This document shows, one piece after another, positions 52,717 to 56,030 of a stretch of 56,030 bases of DNA (the first letter of the stretch is position 1; every line of letters begins with the position of its first letter). The stretch lies in the IMG/VR virus record IMGVR_UViG_3300022744_000033, positions 1-56,030 of that record. One strand, written 5' to 3'. Under the pieces are notes generated by a model that was given only the letters and a program-made list of their open reading frames with translations, searched no databases and was not told where the DNA came from. This DNA is from a virus (lineage: Duplodnaviria; Caudoviricetes). The translations under genes were made by a program, and so were the position numbers.

Positions 52717-53013
52717 GTCTGCGCTGACCTGCTGGCGCTGGCCCTCGTGCTGCTGGCGCTGGCCCTCGATGCCGCCTGTCCGCGCTGACCTGCTGGCGCT
52801 GGCCCTCGTGCTGCTGGCGCTGGCGCTCGATGCCGCCAGTCCGCGCTAACCTGCTGGCGCTGGCGCTCGTGCTGCTGGCGCTGGCGCTCGATGCCGCCAG
52901 TCCGCGCTAACCTGCTGGCGCTGGCGCTCGATGCCGCCAGTCCGCGCTAACCTGCTGGCGCTGGCGCTCGATGCCGCCAGTCCGCGCTAACCTGCTGGCG
53001 CTGGCGCTCGATG
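52717..53013 (+). repeat. Tandem array B (40- and 61-bp units) related to array A
   Basis: Unit GCCGCCAGTCCGCGCTAACCTGCTGGCGCTGGCGCTCGAT; 15 GCTGGCGC octamers counting overlaps. Confidence 0.9.
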
Positions 53014-53099
53014 CACTCAACTTTTTTTGTCCGGGGGCTTGCACGTCGTTTTGTTCTGTGTCCTAATTGATCCCAACACGCAACGAACCGGAGCAACCC

Positions 53100-53270
53100 A
53101 TGAAGACCGCCCTCATCTCTGCTGCAGCCTTCCTCGCCACTGGCGCCGCTTTCGCTGGCCTCATGCTCCCCGCGCTGGCTATCGGCGGGTTCTCGGCCTT
53201 CGGGGTCGTGTTCGCTGGCGTCATGGGCACGATGCTGTCCGGCATGGTTGCCATCTGCGCGGCGGCCTGA
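53100..53270 (+). CDS. Small hydrophobic early protein
   Basis: GGAG RBS; two TM-like segments. Confidence 0.55.
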   Translation: MKTALISAAAFLATGAAFAGLMLPALAIGGFSAFGVVFAGVMGTMLSGMVAICAAA

Positions 53271-53375
53271 GTCATGCTCTACGCCCTCGCCTTCCTCGTC
53301 ATCTTTGCGGGCCTCGTGGTCCGCGCCAACATCCTTCACAAGCCGGTCGACGGCTACACCACGGAGTAACACACC

Positions 53376-53573
53376 ATGAAAGTGACTGAGCAACACACCG
53401 CGCAGGGGGTCTACTTCCGCGCCGTGACTCCCGAAGGCGACTACACGTTTCGGACGGAAACCGGCGACAAGTCCGAGCTTCTGCGCGCGGCCATCGATGC
53501 CGAATTCCGCGCCCGCCAACTGCTGAAGCGCGCGGAATTGTTGCGCGCGATCGTTGACACGCCGACGAATTAA
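53376..53573 (+). CDS. Early hypothetical protein
   Basis: GGAG-N-ACACCATG leader. Confidence 0.6.
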   Translation: MKVTEQHTAQGVYFRAVTPEGDYTFRTETGDKSELLRAAIDAEFRARQLLKRAELLRAIVDTPTN

Positions 53574-53583
53574 GGCGTAGACT
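53554..53583 (+). promoter_or_regulatory. Early sigma70 promoter
   Basis: TTGACA - 18 nt - TAGACT followed by the AACGAACCGGAGC leader. Confidence 0.7.
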
Positions 53584-53817
53584 TGCATCACACCATCAAC
53601 GAACCGGAGCCACACCATGCAAGCCGCTATCAGCACCTACACCTACATGCGCAACCAACAGTGCATGAACGCTAAGGATGCATGCCGCGATGCCGCAGAG
53701 TTCCACGGCGTGCCAGTCGGCGCGCTGGCGCGCGAACTGATCGCGCGCGGCATCGACGCGGCACGGCTCGCACTGTTGGCCTGACTCACTCACACCAAAC
53801 AACCTGGAGAACCTCAA

Positions 53818-54072
53818 ATGACCATCCAAAATTCGCACTGCCAAGCCATCCGCACTGTCTACCTCGGTCCGACCAATTCGCGCGGCTCGCGCATCAAGGC
53901 CACGGCGGCCGCCGGTTCCATCACGGTCCCCTATGAATACGGCTCCGAGTGCGCGCATACGATCGCGGCTCGGGCCCTGCTGGACAAGCTCGGATGGGAG
54001 GGTGACATGTTCGGGGGCACCCTGCCTGACGGCTCGCATGCTTTCGTGTTCATCAATCGCACTGGGGAGTGA
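53818..54072 (+). CDS. Early hypothetical protein
   Basis: GGAG RBS; QAIRT.YLGPTN.RGSRIKA motif. Confidence 0.65.
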   Translation: MTIQNSHCQAIRTVYLGPTNSRGSRIKATAAAGSITVPYEYGSECAHTIAARALLDKLGWEGDMFGGTLPDGSHAFVFINRTGE

Positions 54073-54078
54073 CGCACC

Positions 54079-54609
54079 ATGTATCACCTGAACATCCGCA
54101 CGTGGTTTGACCGTACCAACGGCAACACCTATCAGTCTTGGTTGCTTCGCGCGGCTCATGGCACCGTGTTGCACGTGAGCCCGATGCAATACGGTACGGC
54201 CCAGCAAGCGGCGCACGATGCGGCCCGCTACCTCAAGGCCGCTGGGCTTGTCCCGGAGTCAGTCCAGTACCCCCGGGAATGCATGACCATCGAGCATGCG
54301 GGGGACGGCCTGCAGCGCGACATGCACCGGTACACCTGGAGCGTGACGGACCACAAGCCCAGCAAGCCGGCCGGCCTCAAATGGGCTCGCGACTGGCGGC
54401 GTGCCACGGGGGAGAATCACACGGAATGGGCCGTGATGTCGGCACACGGCATGCACTCGGGTCATGCCAGTCTGACAGAAGCGCGCGCAGCTGCGGCGCG
54501 GCTCATGCGCGACGGAATGCGCGAGTGCTGGATCGAACGGCGCGCGTACAACGGCGTCCGGTCGCGCGGGATCGTCTGGTCCACCTACACCCGGACGGGG
54601 CCGGCGTGA
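54079..54609 (+). CDS. Early hypothetical protein
   Basis: GGAG RBS; WFDRTNGNTY motif. Confidence 0.6.
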   Translation: MYHLNIRTWFDRTNGNTYQSWLLRAAHGTVLHVSPMQYGTAQQAAHDAARYLKAAGLVPESVQYPRECMTIEHAGDGLQRDMHRYTWSVTDHKPSKPAGLKWARDWRRATGENHTEWAVMSAHGMHSGHASLTEARAAAARLMRDGMRECWIERRAYNGVRSRGIVWSTYTRTGPA

Positions 54610-54726
54610 TGCGAGCCGTCCGCATCGTCTGCCTGTCGGGCATCGTGGCCACATCGCGTCCGGCGGCCTTCCTCGCTGCACTGGTCATATGTGAACTAGT
54701 GCGCGCGCTTTGTGGCGTTTTTGGGC

Positions 54727-54756
54727 TTGCGCGATCGGATGATTAGGGCGTAGACT
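54727..54756 (+). promoter_or_regulatory. Early sigma70 promoter
   Basis: TTGCGC - 18 nt - TAGACT with the same GGCGTAGACTT and AACGAACC leader. Confidence 0.6.
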
Positions 54757-54958
54757 TCGCTCACACTAGCAACGAACCCGGACCCCTGACATGCACCGCA
54801 CCGCTACCCCCACACCTGCACCGCGCGCCACGATCGGCCGCCACGCACTCAAGCCCGCGCCTGTCCGCCGGGCCGCCGCGCGCCCCTCGCGACTGCGCCT
54901 CATGCTGGCCCTTCTGTCCGTCTGCCTCATTGCCTAACCACTACCGGAGCAACACACC

Positions 54959-55393
54959 ATGCACGCCCTCCCCGTCGAATTCACCTTTGCCTCGTTCACC
55001 TTCCCCCGCTACATCGCCGACTTGACCCCTGCGGCCGGACTGCGCCGCAAGCGTGAGATGCGCCGAGTCGTCGGGGGCTACTACCATGCACCGCGCCCGA
55101 ACCAATCGGATGGATGGTCGTTCTATCTCGGTTCGGACTTCGCACCGAGCCGCGTCGAGCAAACCGGGGATTTCTACAGCTGCGGCGATCTGGACGCCTA
55201 CGAAGGCATCATCGTTCGCCTGAATCACGGCCGGGGCTTTCTGGCCGGCTGGACCCTGGGCCAGCATATGGCATCGAGCGTTGACGCCTACATCTGGACC
55301 GACGAATCGGACGCACGCCGGGCCGCTGCAGATGCTGCCCAGCGCGCGGCGGAAGATGAATTTGAGTGCCAGTCGGAAGAGGTGACCGAATGA
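54959..55393 (+). CDS. Early hypothetical protein
   Basis: GGAG-N-ACACCATG leader; acidic C-terminus. Confidence 0.6.
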   Translation: MHALPVEFTFASFTFPRYIADLTPAAGLRRKREMRRVVGGYYHAPRPNQSDGWSFYLGSDFAPSRVEQTGDFYSCGDLDAYEGIIVRLNHGRGFLAGWTLGQHMASSVDAYIWTDESDARRAAADAAQRAAEDEFECQSEEVTE

Positions 55394-55677
55394 ACCGCCC
55401 CCTCGCATCCGTACAGCGCGGCCTGTCGCGTATGGTCACGCTCGACACTGGCGCACGCGTCGAGTGCATCGCCGAATCTGTCAACCTGATGACGGGTCGG
55501 CCCTTTCTGGTCATCGGCGGACCGGTCCCGTTCGGGGTCTGGCCCGATGAGCTGGACTGGCAAAGCCTCACGACCGACACCCAGCGCGCGGACTGGTGCG
55601 ACAGCATGCAGGCGCGCGGCCGGGCCATTCCGCAGCACTCGCCGGCTGCGCGCTGGCTGAAAGGGGAGCCAGCATGA
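55390..55677 (+). CDS. Early hypothetical protein
   Basis: ATGA coupling; GAGG RBS. Confidence 0.5.
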   Translation: MNRPLASVQRGLSRMVTLDTGARVECIAESVNLMTGRPFLVIGGPVPFGVWPDELDWQSLTTDTQRADWCDSMQARGRAIPQHSPAARWLKGEPA

Positions 55678-55866
55678 CTCGCAAGGATCGAAGCAATTCC
55701 GCGCCATGGGTCGTCACGGTCCGACTGAAAGGCAAGGAAAAGGAAATCAGGATGCCCGGGGGCCTGCATGAACCCGAAGCTATCCGGGGTGCCTGCATGA
55801 AGTCCGGCGGGATGTACGTCCGCATCCGGAGACTGGCCGACTAGCACCCCGCTCCCCCTACACCTC

Positions 55867-55980
<114 letters not shown>

Positions 55981-56030
55981 GGCCCTCGGGCTGCTGGCGC
56001 TGGCCCTCGGGCTGCTGGCGCTGGCCCTCG

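Noticed and set aside
52717-53013. Mini-CRISPR array
   Set aside because: The units are tandem with no unique spacers, and there is no cas operon. The Cas4-like gene is a typical phage replication nuclease.

Overview
This window looks like a complete, circularly assembled genome (~55.9 kb) of a high-GC tailed dsDNA siphophage; bases 1-127 repeat bases 55904-56030. It has a lambda/Chi-like head and tail module, a lysis cassette placed between terminase and portal, and a divergent replication module (prim-pol/VirE primase-helicase, SF2 helicase, Cas4-like nuclease, SSB, family B DNA polymerase). It also has two DNA methyltransferases, many small accessory genes and a promoter-rich early cassette. 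I found no integrase, partition system, canonical tRNA or CRISPR array. Five things stand out. (1) A 768-bp stop-free in-frame insertion splits the catalytic DPPY region of an N6/N4 methyltransferase; it is neither intein nor intron, but encodes a Zn-finger/Vsr-like endonuclease on the opposite strand with an apparent junction-formed promoter. (2) A helicase intein carries its endonuclease in a different reading frame from its splicing domains. (3) A C5 methyltransferase has a second subunit in an overlapping frame. (4) Two co-oriented arrays dense in GCTGGCGC (a reported Pseudomonas Chi octamer) flank the early cassette. (5) A tRNA-like structured RNA lies between ssb and pol. All family assignments come from motif recognition by eye; no database searches were run.
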